Shown here: positions 1 through 12,012 of the stretch, piece after piece
How the letters are laid out: the number at the start of each line of letters is the position of its first letter
Position numbering within the stretch: the first letter of the stretch is position 1
Assembly (NCBI GenBank): GCA_964187785.1
Contig: OZ076416.1
Span: 37,882,001 to 37,946,000 of the forward strand
Length of the DNA: 64,000 nucleotides
Direction: 5' to 3'
Source: Amphiscolops sp. MND2022
Lineage: Eukaryota
The notes under the pieces: model-generated
Seen by the model: the letters and a program-made list of their open reading frames with translations, nothing else
What the model was told of the DNA's origin: nothing
Databases searched by the model: none
Position numbers and translations under genes: made by a program

Positions 1-473
1 GAAAAGACAGAAATTTCTGGAAACAAAATATCATCGTTGAGCATCAGTAATTTTCTCGCTTTTCAATCGTTCAATTTTCATAAACATCGAACAAATACCA
101 TTTTTTGAAGTTGAAAACATTGAAATGAGAAGCGCATAGTTGGAAAACATGTTAATTGAAAAACGGTACTTTATGCCAAACTGAAACAAAAACAAAAGTT
201 TGACACGGGCTCAAACAGTTGCTTTCCTTCTGGATTATAATGAAGTTATAAAACGTAAATAGTTCGAATAAAGCTTTTCTCATTGTCATATATGTTTTAT
301 CAGAAAAGGTTTGATTTTCATCGTTCAGTTTGAGAAGACGCAGAAATTCGACGACACTGGTGAAATGCGAACTTCCGCTTTTTAATGAAACCCTTTATAC
401 GATTCAAATAATGATTCGGAGAAATTTTTGTTTACCGTCTTAACGGTCATATCAGAAAATTGTGTTGGCATAG

Positions 474-1171
474 CCCTAAGTTACAAAAATCACAACTCTT
501 GCAAAATTCTTACAAGAATTCTTGTAAGATCTTGTAAGAAAATGTATTTTTAGAATCTAACTCTTCCAAAAATCTTGCAAGATTTGCATTTTTCTGCTCA
601 GAATGTTACAAAAAATGCATAAATCCGACCATTTTTTGCATTTCCTGCCTCGGAAAAATTGAACGGCTGCAAAAGAAAACTATCTGTACGCGAAAAATGA
701 CACAATTGCCCATATTAGAGCATCTAGATTTTATATTATCGGAATGCCTTATTTGCATCATGAGCATTGTTTGATGTTATATTGTTGTAAAGCTTTCGCT
801 TACAACATTAAAGCCCTGCGTGGGGTCAGTGCCTCTGAGAGAGCAATGTCCTCCATTCTCAGCAGTCTCATGACTAGTCCTGGGACAGTTTGTGCATTGT
901 AAATGGCCACTGTGGCTGTTGTTGCTGGTAGTTTGATGATTTTTGAAGTTTTGGTCGAATTAACACATCACATTTTTTGTAAGAATTTCTTACCAAAAAA
1001 ATGCATTTTTTGCAAAAACGTTATCAGAATCTTGTAAGAAATGTTCGACATTGTAACAAATTTGCAAAATTTGCGATTCTTGTACAAACTTGTAAGATTC
1101 TTGCAAGAAATGCAAAGCTGACGTGAATTTCGGAAGATTTTTGCAAGATTTGTGATTCTTGTAACCTAGGG
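474..1171. mobile_element. Non-autonomous TIR element (CACTA/EnSpm-like MITE)
   Basis: Left end CCCTAAGTTACAAAAATCACAACTCTTGCAAAATTCTT matches the reverse complement of the right end at 34/38 nt. CCC...GGG termini, 2-bp TSD AG (472-473 and 1172-1173), many subterminal TCTTGCAAGA-like motifs. Superfamily is inferred from CCC ends plus a 2-bp TSD. Confidence 0.7.
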
Positions 1172-1262
1172 AGTTCATACAGGTGAACAGAAAAAAAATA
1201 GGCTTCCGTGGACTTCAAACCTAAGTGCCTCCTTCCAAACTCCCTATCAACTAGACCAAGTA

Positions 1263-1686
1263 CAGGGTTCGGAAAAAAACAAGTTATTGAAAAAAATCCT
1301 GTTTAAAACGTTTAAAACAATAAAATTTTTGTTTAAAACATGTTCAAAACTCTAGATCTATCACAAATACTTCTAACACTGAAAGACCTAAAAATTGAGG
1401 TTACTGCAGTAAGAGAAGACAGAAAACAAGTTTGTCGTCGATTTCGTATTTTGTTGTGGACGAAGCCCAGAGTGCTGAAAATTCGTTCATAGCGGAACTT
1501 GGAATAAGAACCAGAAGCGCATCAGCAATTTTCTTGATGTCTTCCGCCAAGTTGCCCAAGATTACTTGGTTTTCTTAGCGGTTTTAGGAACTTGAGAATA
1601 CGTATAACCAAAATAAAAACAATTGAACAAAATGCATGTTTTTGTCATGTTTAAAACTTGGTCATGTTTTAAACATGCGAACCCTG
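1263..1686. mobile_element. hAT-type MITE
   Basis: TIR CAGGGTTCG...CGAACCCTG with an exact 8-bp TSD ACCAAGTA (1255-1262 and 1687-1694). Confidence 0.9.
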
Positions 1687-2068
1687 ACCAAGTAGCATAA
1701 AAACGTAAAGAACGCCTGAAGTCGGGGACACGCTTTAGACTCAAAATGCAGAAAGTCTCATAAATATGCTCAAATGTGCTTTTAAGAAATTCTCAATTTC
1801 GATCCGTAGGGCCTCGAAAAACGCATTGTTTCAAAACTCAAAACATGAGAAAACCTCAAACTGGTGAAACAACTTCATTGGATTTTTTAAAAGTTCGCTC
1901 AGTGCCGAAAAGCATACCTTTGAGGCACGAAAACGTGTTTCCCGAAGTGAAAACACAGAAATAACTAAAAAGAAGACCTTTTGTGAAAAATGAAATAAAG
2001 TAAAAATGTGAAAAAAGCATTTCGTTGCCGAAAAAATCTAAAGATGGGGACATTTGACCGCGTCTAAG

Positions 2069-2560
2069 TTTTTAGTCGGCGCTTTTCTTCAGAGTCGACT
2101 ATATTCATGGCTTTTCGTCAGTGTTTTTTAGGACCACCTGAACTGACCAAAATAGTTCTACAAAAGTTCTACAAAATATTATTGCACCAAATTGCACTAT
2201 TTGGCCTAGCGAACTGAACCAAAAAGGTTTTTCCTGTTTTCCCGCGTAACATACCATAGCGGGCGAGACCAAAGGGTCCCCCCTTTCAGTTTTTTTTCGG
2301 CATTGTGAGACTTTTTTTCCGGAATAAAATGTTTCCCCAAAGGGTCCCCCTTCAGTTTTTTGATGTTTTGCGACAAAATGGATGTTGAAAACCCCCCAAG
2401 GGTCCACCCTTTCAGTTTTTTTCGGCATTGTGAGACTTTTTTTCCAAAAAAAATTTTTCATAAAAGGGTCCCCAACTCACCAATACTTTGACAAATTGAA
2501 GTCCTTTTGCTATTTTTGAGCCTTAGATACGGCGCCGACTTGGGCCGGTCCCGGCTTGTT
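2069..2560 (-). mobile_element. Helentron/HINE-like repeat, family 1
   Basis: Read on the minus strand it starts AACAAGCCGGGACCGGCCCAAGTCGGCGCC and ends near an AGTCG/GCGCCGACT hairpin-like region followed by an A-run. Internal GGGG(G)ACCC tandem modules. Several copies in the window. Classification is inferred from the architecture. Confidence 0.55.
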
Positions 2561-3112
2561 TTAAATAGATTTCGCATAAAATTCGAACTCGCGTCCTCCT
2601 CTGTGGAAAAGAGTCATGCTAACCACTAGATCAAGTAGCTGGACTTCGCCGAAAAAGTCTGTTCAAAAGTGAATTCTTCAGTGTGAGCTTTGCTCCCTGG
2701 AGAAAACTGGTCACTGTAATTGACCGGCACCGTGCCGATAAATTGAATTAGGCCGACTAACAAGGAAATGGGCTCAAAAAATTTCGAAACTCTAATCATC
2801 TTAACGTAAGTCGAAAAGTATTTAAGCAAACTTCGTTCAGTTTGTATCAAGACTTCGGAATTAGTTTACCAAACCAATTTTGTAGCTTGCAAATATAACC
2901 TTTCACTGCTTGTTTCCTAATCCATTTCAGCGTCCTAAAGACCGGGGTTTGCAATTTTGCTTTTTTCAAATAAAAATTACATCATCTACTGAAGACAATA
3001 TGTTTAATTGTGAAAAAAGTATTTGGCAAAAAAACAAACAGGGAGAGGATTTCTCAAAAAAGATATTGAAGCTTTATTCTGAAGCTTTGTGTAAGATTTT
3101 GGTTTTAAGTAG

Positions 3113-3663
3113 TTTTTAGTCGGCGCAATTTAGTAGAAAATGTGCCCGACTATTACACTGGGTAGTTTTTTTTAGACACGAAAGGTCCACTTTTTTGTTC
3201 ATTTGTTCAACAACCTCAAACTTCAACAACTTCAAACCTCAACAACTCCAACCTCAGAAGCGCGTCCAAAACGAAAAGAAAAAACAAAACAGACGTCCAC
3301 AACCTCGAAAACACACTAAAGATCCCACCTTAGCCCCACTTTTTTTCGGCACTATGCGACTTTTTTGAAGTTTTTTGGATTGCACCAGAGGGCCCCCCCT
3401 TCATTTGTTTCGATATTTTGCAACACAATGGATGTCAAAAAATGCAAAGGGTCCCCCCTTTTACATTTTTCGGCACTGTGACACTGTTCAAAAATCTCAT
3501 TAAAAATTTTTTTGGGAAGTTTTTTCATGTCTCCAAAGGGTCCCCCCTTCAATTTTTTAAAACATTTTTTGCAACCAGCTGGAGTTTCACAAAGCCCGAA
3601 GGGTCCCCCTTTTAAATTTTGAGCCTTAGATATGGCGTCGACTTTGGCCGTTCTCGGCTTGTT
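3113..3663 (-). mobile_element. Helentron/HINE-like repeat, family 1
   Basis: Same termini (GAGCCTTAGATATGGCGTCGACTTTGGCCGTTCTCGGCTTGTT) and GGGTCCCC modules as 2069-2560. Confidence 0.55.
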
Positions 3664-4109
3664 ACAATTTGTTGAGAACTGCAACTCAATTAAACTCGAA
3701 GGTACCATGTACGAGACAAAAACTGCCTGAGGATCTACATAACGTTTTACTAATTGCGAAAGAAACGACGAACGAACTCAATCGAAGGCGGTGGGAATAA
3801 GTGTGAAAAAGAAAGCACGGATCTTCTACTACTTTGAGTATTAGCCTTTTCTAGAAATTCGTCTCGCTACTCTTTAGCTGTTCTTGGATGTCTTTTCATA
3901 GACGAAAAAAAGCTGTTCAAATATTAACTAATACACAGCAAATATATAAGACGAATAACTGACACAAACACCATTTCACAAAAATGAATGATAGAATAAA
4001 TACAATTATAATATTTGACGATAACATGGAATATATTGACAGACAAATAGAACAAAAAATCATCAGGCGAGGGTTTCAGCAAAGTTGATTTCGTATCCAC
4101 GAGGATGGG

Positions 4110-4309
4110 NNNNNNNNNNNNNNNNNNNNNNNNNNNNNNNNNNNNNNNNNNNNNNNNNNNNNNNNNNNNNNNNNNNNNNNNNNNNNNNNNNNNNNNNNNN
4201 NNNNNNNNNNNNNNNNNNNNNNNNNNNNNNNNNNNNNNNNNNNNNNNNNNNNNNNNNNNNNNNNNNNNNNNNNNNNNNNNNNNNNNNNNNNNNNNNNNNN
4301 NNNNNNNNN
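4110..4309. other. Assembly gap (200 N)
   Basis: Run of exactly 200 N. Confidence 1.
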
Positions 4310-4424
4310 TTTTTCGAATAACCATTTTGAAACTTTATATGCATGTAGAAGTATGCCGATTATTTTTTCGTCAAACAATTTATGCTTGAAGTTGTGCATT
4401 TTTATTGAAAAGGCATATCAGTAC

Positions 4425-4842
4425 CAGTGTATTAAACCGCTTAACCGAAAGCGCTCAAAAAAGCGCAGCGGTTATCTTAATAAGCGAAAGCGCAGCGAGC
4501 GATGACCTTGAGTAAATAAGCGATTAATTAAGCGAGCACAATTCGAATACGCGTAAATAGCGGTCAATTGGAAAAATTCAGACTTGAATACATGTAACGA
4601 CTTTTCTCTGCTAGTGGTGATCTTCTAAGTAGAAAACGAAATAGATTAACACGAAATGCCTTGAAAATTTGTTATCATTGAAAATAAATGATGAATAAAT
4701 TTTTGTTTCGAAATTATTTTTCAAAAAGCGAAAAGCGAAAAGCGAAAAAAGCGGTCTAACTAAAAAGCGACTGTAGCGAAAGCGGAAAATCAAAAAGCGC
4801 AAGCGAGCGAAAGCGCAATTTTTTTGGAAGTTTAATACACTG
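4425..4842. mobile_element. hAT-type MITE
   Basis: TIR CAGTGTATTAAAC...GTTTAATACACTG with an exact 8-bp TSD ATCAGTAC (4417-4424 and 4843-4850). Internal AAGCG(A/C) subterminal repeats. Confidence 0.9.
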
Positions 4843-4983
4843 ATCAGTACAGTATACAAAAAATAACGAAAAGTATTGCAGTGCCACTGTGTCTCATATT
4901 GTGGTCTTTTTTCATTGAGAAAGTTGCTGGTACAATGATACTGCCGAAGACTTCACGCATAGCATTGAGACGCTGTATTTCAC

Positions 4984-5215
4984 AACAAGACGCCCGCAAA
5001 GCACCGGGATATTTTCCGCCTTCTTAAAAAGTCAGGCAAAGGCAAGATTCGAACCCACTATCTTTTGCCCGATAGGCGGATGCACTACCAACTGAGCCAA
5101 CGTAACTAAAATAGTAACTAACTGAAAAGGATGGAGATCGTGTATAAAAAAACGCAGCGCAGATTATGATTTTCCTCCTCCGTACACACATAATTTTGTG
5201 GGGGCGGAAAATAAT
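4984..5215 (+). mobile_element. Helentron/HINE-like repeat, family 2
   Basis: Starts AACAAGACGCCCGC-AAGCACCGGGATATTTTCCGCC and ends GGGCGGAAAATAA, giving a subterminal inverted repeat TATTTTCCGCC/GGCGGAAAATA. Further copies at 32651 and 39527. Confidence 0.55.
5041..5100 (-). pseudogene. tRNA-derived fragment (A and B boxes) inside a repeat
   Basis: Minus strand TGGCTCAGTTGG (A-box) ... GGGTTCGAATC (B-box). I could not build a complete acceptor stem. Confidence 0.55.
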
Positions 5216-6940
5216 AATGCTTTGAGCTGCCAGACCAAAAAGCAGGGACACGCCTGCAACCATGGTGCAAAAATAACAGTTTTTGCCTAAGGTTCAGCTC
5301 CATACAAGAATCAAACAATTTGTAAAATGTGATTTATAAAATCCTAATGACATTCTTGAAGCCAAACTCTAGTCATCACAAGTAAAGAACAGAACACAAC
5401 AGTTAATTTGATTTGATGTACAAAATACTAAAACAAGACTCTCAGGCTGAATGATTTTGGCATGATCATTCTCATATCGAATATTGTCCATACTAAAAAA
5501 CTGATAATACTTCTCTGTTGTCACGTATATACAACAGACTAAAAATGTCAATAATTGACTTGATTTCTGTTTTAGTCATCATCAATTTTCAAATATGTTT
5601 TGCGTTGTCAATTCCAAATTCAACATTTACGCTTGACCACTGTCCTATGCTATTTAGAGGGAATATTGTTTCTTGAGCGGCCACGAGTTGGTTAAATGGG
5701 ACTCTTGGTAAATGTCATGAAAAAACCGAGATCATGGACGAAAGCCGAGAGCGAGTCATGGTCAAACTGGGTAGCATTTAGTTAACTACATTCGGATAGA
5801 TTATGAGTGACTGGCTAGTTATGAAGGTTCGAAATTACATGAATCGATTCCGTTGAAAGAAATCAGCATGCAAACTTTAATTCACAAAAGTTTACGTTAC
5901 TTAATCTTATTTTAATTTACAAGTTACTGTGAAAAATGTTGAAATGGGGATGATATGTAGCACTAATCAAATAATTCTCAAAGACAAGCGTTGTTCAGGG
6001 AACTGTTTACTAGCAAAGTTTCAATTTTATACAACTTACTTTTGTTAACATAACTTACTTTCCAAGAATTTAATTCTTGTAGATACAATGTATATATTTT
6101 TGGGCTTGTAGGGACCTTTGTCCCTGAGGCTAGATTTGTATAAAGATTTTTCCTAGAAATTTAGAAGATTCCGTTTGGGTTTCATAGGAGACTTGTGAGA
6201 GTCCAATGTCGCAAAAGAAATTGTAAAAAAAACTTTTCGAAACATTTTGCAGGAACTATAAATCTCATCCGATAAACTATAAACCTCAACACTTCCACCA
6301 AACCCGAAATTCGGCTGAGTTAATGCGCCTCAAATTCTTTTGTTAGTTAAGTCACATACTAGTACAGACTAGTAGAAAAAGTAGAGCAATACATAGGTCC
6401 GCGGACCATTGACAACTCTTTATAACTCGATATAGTTTTGTACACCGTTAGATGCATGTGAAATTGAGAATGAATGTGAGGCTTTCGGTTTTTCAATTTT
6501 TCAAAAATATCACGATTTTAGTCGTCGTTGTTGTACGCTGTATGTACTACATTTGAGATGCTTAGAAATAGGCCGAATACTTTTGTCGGCTGAGTGAATT
6601 CGATTTAATAATTTAAACGGTCGAGGCCTACCACTTCAATGACAAAATATGCGACGTCACTGTTAGTTAGTTTATAGAGATTCTGATATGTACCAAATAA
6701 CGTTGGGGTGATAACTTTATCCACGTTTCACTTTTGGACGAAAAGAAAGGGGGCCCTTAACCGTTTGGACTTTTCTCTTCTTTTACCCGCAGAGTTATAA
6801 AAATTGGCATATATGTACATTAGAGCATGGGGCACCTGACTTCTGATCTGAAACTGCGCTGAGAATCTTCGGAACCGAGCAAATAGTACCGGAAGTCAAC
6901 CTCCACAGGGGCGCGTTAATACGTTGATACAATACTTATG

Positions 6941-8936
6941 TGTGGAGTTTTTGAATTTTGGCGTTTTAGAAAAATCCCATCCCTTTTGCATGAAACGGAC
7001 GATAAACAGAACTATGTTAATCTCGTTTTTAGACCGCCGGAATAGTGAAAACAGCTGAAAAGGCTGACAATAGCATGCTTCGATATGGCTTATTTGGCAA
7101 ACTAAGTGTTTACTTAGTAAACGGAACTTCTTAGGCAAAATTAACGAGCTAGTGAGTGACGTCGACAATGAAATTGTTTGAATCGACTAAGTCAGAGTTG
7201 AAACCCACTTTCGAGCAAAAATATTCTAAGATACGCTAGGAAAAACCAATCGTCAATTTTCGTCAAACCCCCCCAAAAGGTTTTTCTCAAAGACTATTAA
7301 TCGTAGAGACTTGAAATTTGGCACACGTATACCTGAGCTGTAGAGCTACTGAATTATAACAACAGAACTGGGACCCCCCAGCCCCGGGCTATTAAAACCG
7401 GAAGTGACCCAGGTGGAACCCCCTATGAACTCGTCGACTAAGCACGGAATAAGTTGTATTATATATGGAATTGATAGCCCATGTAATATTAAGCCGTTCG
7501 CGCACATTTTCGGAACCCTATGACGAGTGTAAGGGAGTACGGACCCTAAGTAAATAAACCCCGAAATTTATGTAAATAACCAACGGACGACCCGAAGATC
7601 ATGGAACTTACCCAAGATGTTCACCTAGCGACCCTAAGTAATATACATGAAAGATACATTGATCGAACTACACCACGCGCGGAGTAATGTTTGTTTAGGG
7701 CACGCGGGACCAGACGCGCGGGCCCGACCGATGAATGACATTTGACCTTGGCTTGTAATATCTCAAACGAACCGGAATGATCAATGTAGTCGATTTGTAA
7801 CGTGAATGAAGCTGTATTTGTAACCCATGCGGGGGTAGTCGCCTTAAGTAAACAAACTATACGCATATCATGTAACTCGAAGACTACTGACCCTACAAGG
7901 ATATAACTTGGCATGTATCAACTTTAGACGAGGACAAATAACTTCAAGGTCACCGAAGGACCTCAAGGTCATTTTAGATGTAATCCCAGAACATCTGGAA
8001 AAACTTGCGATAAAACATGTAAATCAGCGCCGTTTGTGTGATAATTTATGCAATTCAGTCAGGTGGGACAAATTGCGAGGCATTGCGCCCCAAAAAGACG
8101 GAAAAGAACCCCTTACGTGTAGAGAGCATGTAAACCATGTAACCGAAGGTCATTGAACGTTTGTCTCGATATTAGAAAATTCTCGGGCGACTTGAATTAT
8201 TATTGAAATGTGAACTTTGCACAACTATTGTTGAATTATTTGTCGTTGGCGGCAAAGAATGTTTAGTCGAAGTATAAGTAGAAGCGATCGCCTTGCCATA
8301 AAAGGAATAGTCAACATGAAGGTAAACTCATGCAAATTTAAGACGCCGACGCCCTGTATATAACTAAAATGTCATGAATGATAGAAAGTAAAGACGAAAC
8401 CATCCAAAATGCGGGCGATGAACAAACATAATTGAGGCAGAATTGCAAAATACTCGAAGAGACAGAACCGAGTTAGAAAGCTGGGATCAAGTCGAGTCTT
8501 GCGGAGACAAGATACTGGTTCGGAATAACACTCGCGCTTCTCAAACGAGTAAGAGAGCTAGAAGAAAGTTGAGTCTCGCGGAGACAAGAGACACTTCTAG
8601 ATTACGTTGTCTCTAGTTCAGTAGATTTACATGACAAGTCCGGGACTTGTGATAAACCTGTAGTTGGCTGAATCGAAGATTGTTTCTTCGATTGATGATA
8701 TTAGTTAGTTTGACTGATTTGAGTTACCCAGTGTTATTTTTGGGACAAAGAAGTTATTGTATTATTCCATTACTCAAATTTTTTGGAAGACGCGAGCCGA
8801 TAGAGCAAATCTGGAGAGAGAGAAATAGACAGTAACTTCAAGAGAATTGGCTAACTCACTAAAACAACCTTTTTGTCTGTTAAGCTTCCAATCCAAGGTA
8901 AAACTCTCTCCGACCCCCGAATTGGATTTTCTTACA
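6941..8936 (+). repeat. 5' LTR (1996 bp)
   Basis: TGTGGAGTTT...GGATTTTCTTACA, colinear with 14031-16056. Confidence 0.92.
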
Positions 8937-8937
8937 G

Positions 8938-8956
8938 TGGCGCTCCTGGGTGGGCT
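8938..8956 (+). promoter_or_regulatory. Primer-binding site, tRNA-Asn-like
   Basis: TGGCGCTCCTGGGTGGGCT lies 1 nt after the LTR. It matches 17/19 to the complement of the metazoan tRNA-Asn(GTT) 3' end as I recall it (TGGCGTCCCTGGGTGGGCT). Confidence 0.75.
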
Positions 8957-9040
8957 AACCATTCTTTTTGATGTTACTGTGGCTGTTTGTGGATTCTGTT
9001 AGAGAGAACAGTGGTCTTTACAGAGTTATCGTCCTGAGAG

Positions 9041-10318
9041 ATGGATACTGAGGAAAGAGGTCTTGGGAGAAACCAAGTGGACGTTGAAGAGTTCCCGAGT
9101 AGCAATTCCCCCAGCTGGAGAGGTTGGCTGCTGAAGTTCTTGAGCACGGCCGAGCAGTTAAATTGGAACTACGGAACGTGTTGTCAGATGATGTCGGAAT
9201 CTCTGAGGGGAGCTGTGTTTAATGCATTTTTGGAAGCCAAGATCTCAGTTAAAGTAGAATTGGGTGACCCCAGTGTAATTGACGTTCTGAGCAGAACATC
9301 AGAAGTGATTGGCGTTTCTCAGATTGAACTTATTGAAGAACGTTTTCTTCTGGAGCTTCGACAGGAGAAAGAAGAATATATAGCAGACTATGCACGAAGG
9401 GTGGGCGCATTCAAGACGCTTGCCCTGGAAACATTCAGCGATGAGCATTGGGCCTCCAACTGTTTGTCAGGCTTGAACGACGAGTGCCTCCGAGATGTTG
9501 TGAAGGATCATGCGAAAAATTCTCTGATTGTTCGAGAGTTGGAACGCCAAGATTGTTTGGAACAGCAGCTTAATGGGCTGTGGGCCAAACTGCATCGAGT
9601 TCGACGATGTCACACCAAGCTGCGGGCTCAAGAAGAAATATTGCCGACAGACAGAAACTCAAGTGTTGCCCAAAGTAGCGGAAGTCTTCAGAAATTTACG
9701 ATCTTGTCGAAGGAGAAGCAGACGAGAAACGTTGCTGACGTGAGCAGTTTTAATGCTGCCCAATGTAAGAACGAAGAAACGAAATCAGAAAACATTGCGC
9801 ACACAAACGCTGGACGTGCGACGAGGTCAACATCAGCGTGGAAAGCGCCATACTGGGGAGGTGAAGACAGCAATGACGATTGTGATGATCTTGTTGGAGA
9901 CCACGAAGGTACTGCGCAGAGGCAGCCTCGGCGAAGCGAATGGTGCAGCTATTCCAGTGATGAAGAGTGGTCAGATAATGAGAAGGACGATATCTGGAAC
10001 GAGCTGGATAGTGACGATGACAGTTGTTGCCCGTACCAACCACTGACCTTGGAAGAAGCTCTTAGACAGATCGAAGAAGGGAAGAAAACGAGGCTCGCAG
10101 GTAAAAAGACAGATAATCCTACACTGCATGAATCAAGATGTGGCGGGATGTCAGGCCCAGTATTTGGTGAGTGGATCAATGGAGGTACTGAAAGCTTGAG
10201 ACCAACCTGTCAAATAGGCTCAGGAAAAATCAGGGTTGCATCTGTGTGTTTTGAGGGTCGAATCCAGCCGACCGCTCAAAAGTCCCTGGTCATTGGGTCG
10301 AACGAAATCATGACTTGA
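9041..10318 (+). CDS. Gag-like ORF1 (425 aa) of the LTR element
   Basis: First long ORF after the PBS. LRQEKEEYIADYARRV resembles the retrotransposon capsid RQxxxExxxxYxxR motif. Acidic C-terminal linker, no CCHC seen. Decayed homologue at 21093 onward. Confidence 0.65.
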   Translation: MDTEERGLGRNQVDVEEFPSSNSPSWRGWLLKFLSTAEQLNWNYGTCCQMMSESLRGAVFNAFLEAKISVKVELGDPSVIDVLSRTSEVIGVSQIELIEERFLLELRQEKEEYIADYARRVGAFKTLALETFSDEHWASNCLSGLNDECLRDVVKDHAKNSLIVRELERQDCLEQQLNGLWAKLHRVRRCHTKLRAQEEILPTDRNSSVAQSSGSLQKFTILSKEKQTRNVADVSSFNAAQCKNEETKSENIAHTNAGRATRSTSAWKAPYWGGEDSNDDCDDLVGDHEGTAQRQPRRSEWCSYSSDEEWSDNEKDDIWNELDSDDDSCCPYQPLTLEEALRQIEEGKKTRLAGKKTDNPTLHESRCGGMSGPVFGEWINGGTESLRPTCQIGSGKIRVASVCFEGRIQPTAQKSLVIGSNEIMT

Positions 10319-10327
10319 AGCGTCGCA

Positions 10328-11011
10328 GTGATCTATTGGAAAGAAGCAGTGTCTAGAGAAACGAAAGTAATGGCCTTCGACAGAGTGGAAGCATACAGAG
10401 CAAAAATGACTCCAGAGAGGTGCTCCTCAGTCATGATGCCAATCCAAGAAACTTTGATGCGGAAGAATGAAGCTGCCGAGCCTTCAATATTATTCAACGT
10501 GAGCCCTGGAGAAGCATTTTTTCAACGTGTTTGGGTCAAGTACGATGTGGAGATGACCGTTCAGATGAATCACATCAATTGGTCAGAACGTGGCTTGATT
10601 AAAAGCGCAGTATTTCGACTGAATCGTGAAGAAGCAGCTGCAGATTTTGAACAAATGAGCGCTGAGAGAACGACGCTTTCCAGTGAAGGATGTTCTTTCA
10701 GATTGGAAGTATCAACGGTGCTCTCCCAAAGAACTGATGAAACTTGGGAAGTCGAAAGTGGGAAATGTCCAACCCAAGAAGTTGAGTGTGTTTGCAAACC
10801 CACAGAAGCGCTAGCTGGTTTCAAACTAGATTATGTGAAGCAAGACAATCAGAACGGGATGCATGTGCAGAAGATAGAAGCAGAAAGGCCGTCGCACGGA
10901 GTTCAGACCTTTGTTGTTGATGATGAATTGCAATGGGACCCGCGACACAGTACTCGAGTTGTGAGGGAAGCGTCGCAGTGTGTGCCAGACCGCAACGCCG
11001 TATCCAACTGA
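10328..11011 (+). CDS. Orphan ORF2 (227 aa) of the LTR element
   Basis: Open frame just after ORF1. A homologous decayed segment (QRVLVEYDVDLNVQM vs QRVWVKYDVEMTVQM) lies at ~22100-22150. No known domain recognised. Confidence 0.4.
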   Translation: MIYWKEAVSRETKVMAFDRVEAYRAKMTPERCSSVMMPIQETLMRKNEAAEPSILFNVSPGEAFFQRVWVKYDVEMTVQMNHINWSERGLIKSAVFRLNREEAAADFEQMSAERTTLSSEGCSFRLEVSTVLSQRTDETWEVESGKCPTQEVECVCKPTEALAGFKLDYVKQDNQNGMHVQKIEAERPSHGVQTFVVDDELQWDPRHSTRVVREASQCVPDRNAVSN

Positions 11012-11226
11012 CAGAAAGAAGTGGTGCTAGACTCAAGAGACAAGTTTGGACTTCACTGCTGTGGCTCATGACTGCATTGTGGGCGCAGGTAAGCGTTTTG
11101 TCTGACCATGGAATGTCCTGGCCTTGGAACGTCTTACCCAGAAGTTCCAAGGGATGGTATCATGCGCCTCGGCCTCCGTCTGTTAATTGGGAACGAGCTG
11201 TGTCACTGAGGGGTGAGGAAGACTGA

Positions 11227-12012
11227 GTGCAGCACAAGCATTGCCTTTCCTCCAGAAACCGCTGCAAAGCCACGAAATGGAGTGAAGACAAAGCGTCCTA
11301 CACCTTCGAACAGAGTGATCGAAGTTGGATTCGACACGAAGGCAATCCTGGAGTTGAGCTGATGCTGTTGAACTTTGATAGTTCCAACGCAAAAACGAGT
11401 GTTCTCATCGTTGATAAGGGAAAGAACAACTCAGAAATGATTGAGAAGTTGGACGAAGTCTCTCGAGACACTCGATGTGGACAAATTCTGGAAGGGCAGC
11501 CTCTTAGTTTGCCCTCACGAACGACAATCATAAAACTCTCGAGGATTTGTCCGAAGCATCCACGCAATGAGACAAAGATGACATCGGTGCGTGAGCTCCG
11601 AGAAACAAGAGGTAAATCACTACAAGACCGAGCGAGAGAAAGTCAGTGTGATGCGTTGAATTCAACTGGTGACCATTGGCGTCCATCAAAGAGTCCCACG
11701 ATGGGTGACGAGCACAGGACTGCGATGGAAGTCTACGACAGAGGAAAAATGAAATTCGACGGTGGCGACACAGGCCAAGTGATGCGCAAGGCGATGTTAA
11801 CTCCAGAAGGGAAGTGGTTCACCTACTCGCGAGCCCATGCGACTACCAGAAGAGGCCTGTTTCAAGACGTGTCTGTGACAGTGGACATTGCGAGGCTGGT
11901 GCGGAACAAAAACGAAATGTGGCTGTGCCAAGCGATGATTGTTGCAGCTGGATCACTCACGGGAATTACGAAAGGTGGAAAGCGGAGGAACAAGCAGCGA
12001 AAAGTTCGATGA
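11227..12012 (+). CDS. Orphan ORF3 (261 aa) of the LTR element
   Basis: Open frame. Decayed homologue at ~22900-23260 (MTSAPEGKWF vs MLTPEGKWF). No RT or integrase catalytic motif. Confidence 0.4.
   Translation: MQHKHCLSSRNRCKATKWSEDKASYTFEQSDRSWIRHEGNPGVELMLLNFDSSNAKTSVLIVDKGKNNSEMIEKLDEVSRDTRCGQILEGQPLSLPSRTTIIKLSRICPKHPRNETKMTSVRELRETRGKSLQDRARESQCDALNSTGDHWRPSKSPTMGDEHRTAMEVYDRGKMKFDGGDTGQVMRKAMLTPEGKWFTYSRAHATTRRGLFQDVSVTVDIARLVRNKNEMWLCQAMIVAAGSLTGITKGGKRRNKQRKVR

Noticed and set aside
3924-4399. ORFs spanning the N run
   Set aside because: Artefacts of translating the assembly gap.
5041-5100. Possible tRNA genes here and at 38095-38166 and 44780-44853
   Set aside because: A/B boxes are present but no complete cloverleaf. 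They are embedded in multicopy repeats (SINE/HINE).
7621-8156. ORFs preserved in both LTRs (also 14749-15269)
   Set aside because: Preservation follows from LTR identity. No domain is recognised and they are not clearly open in the diverged relative.
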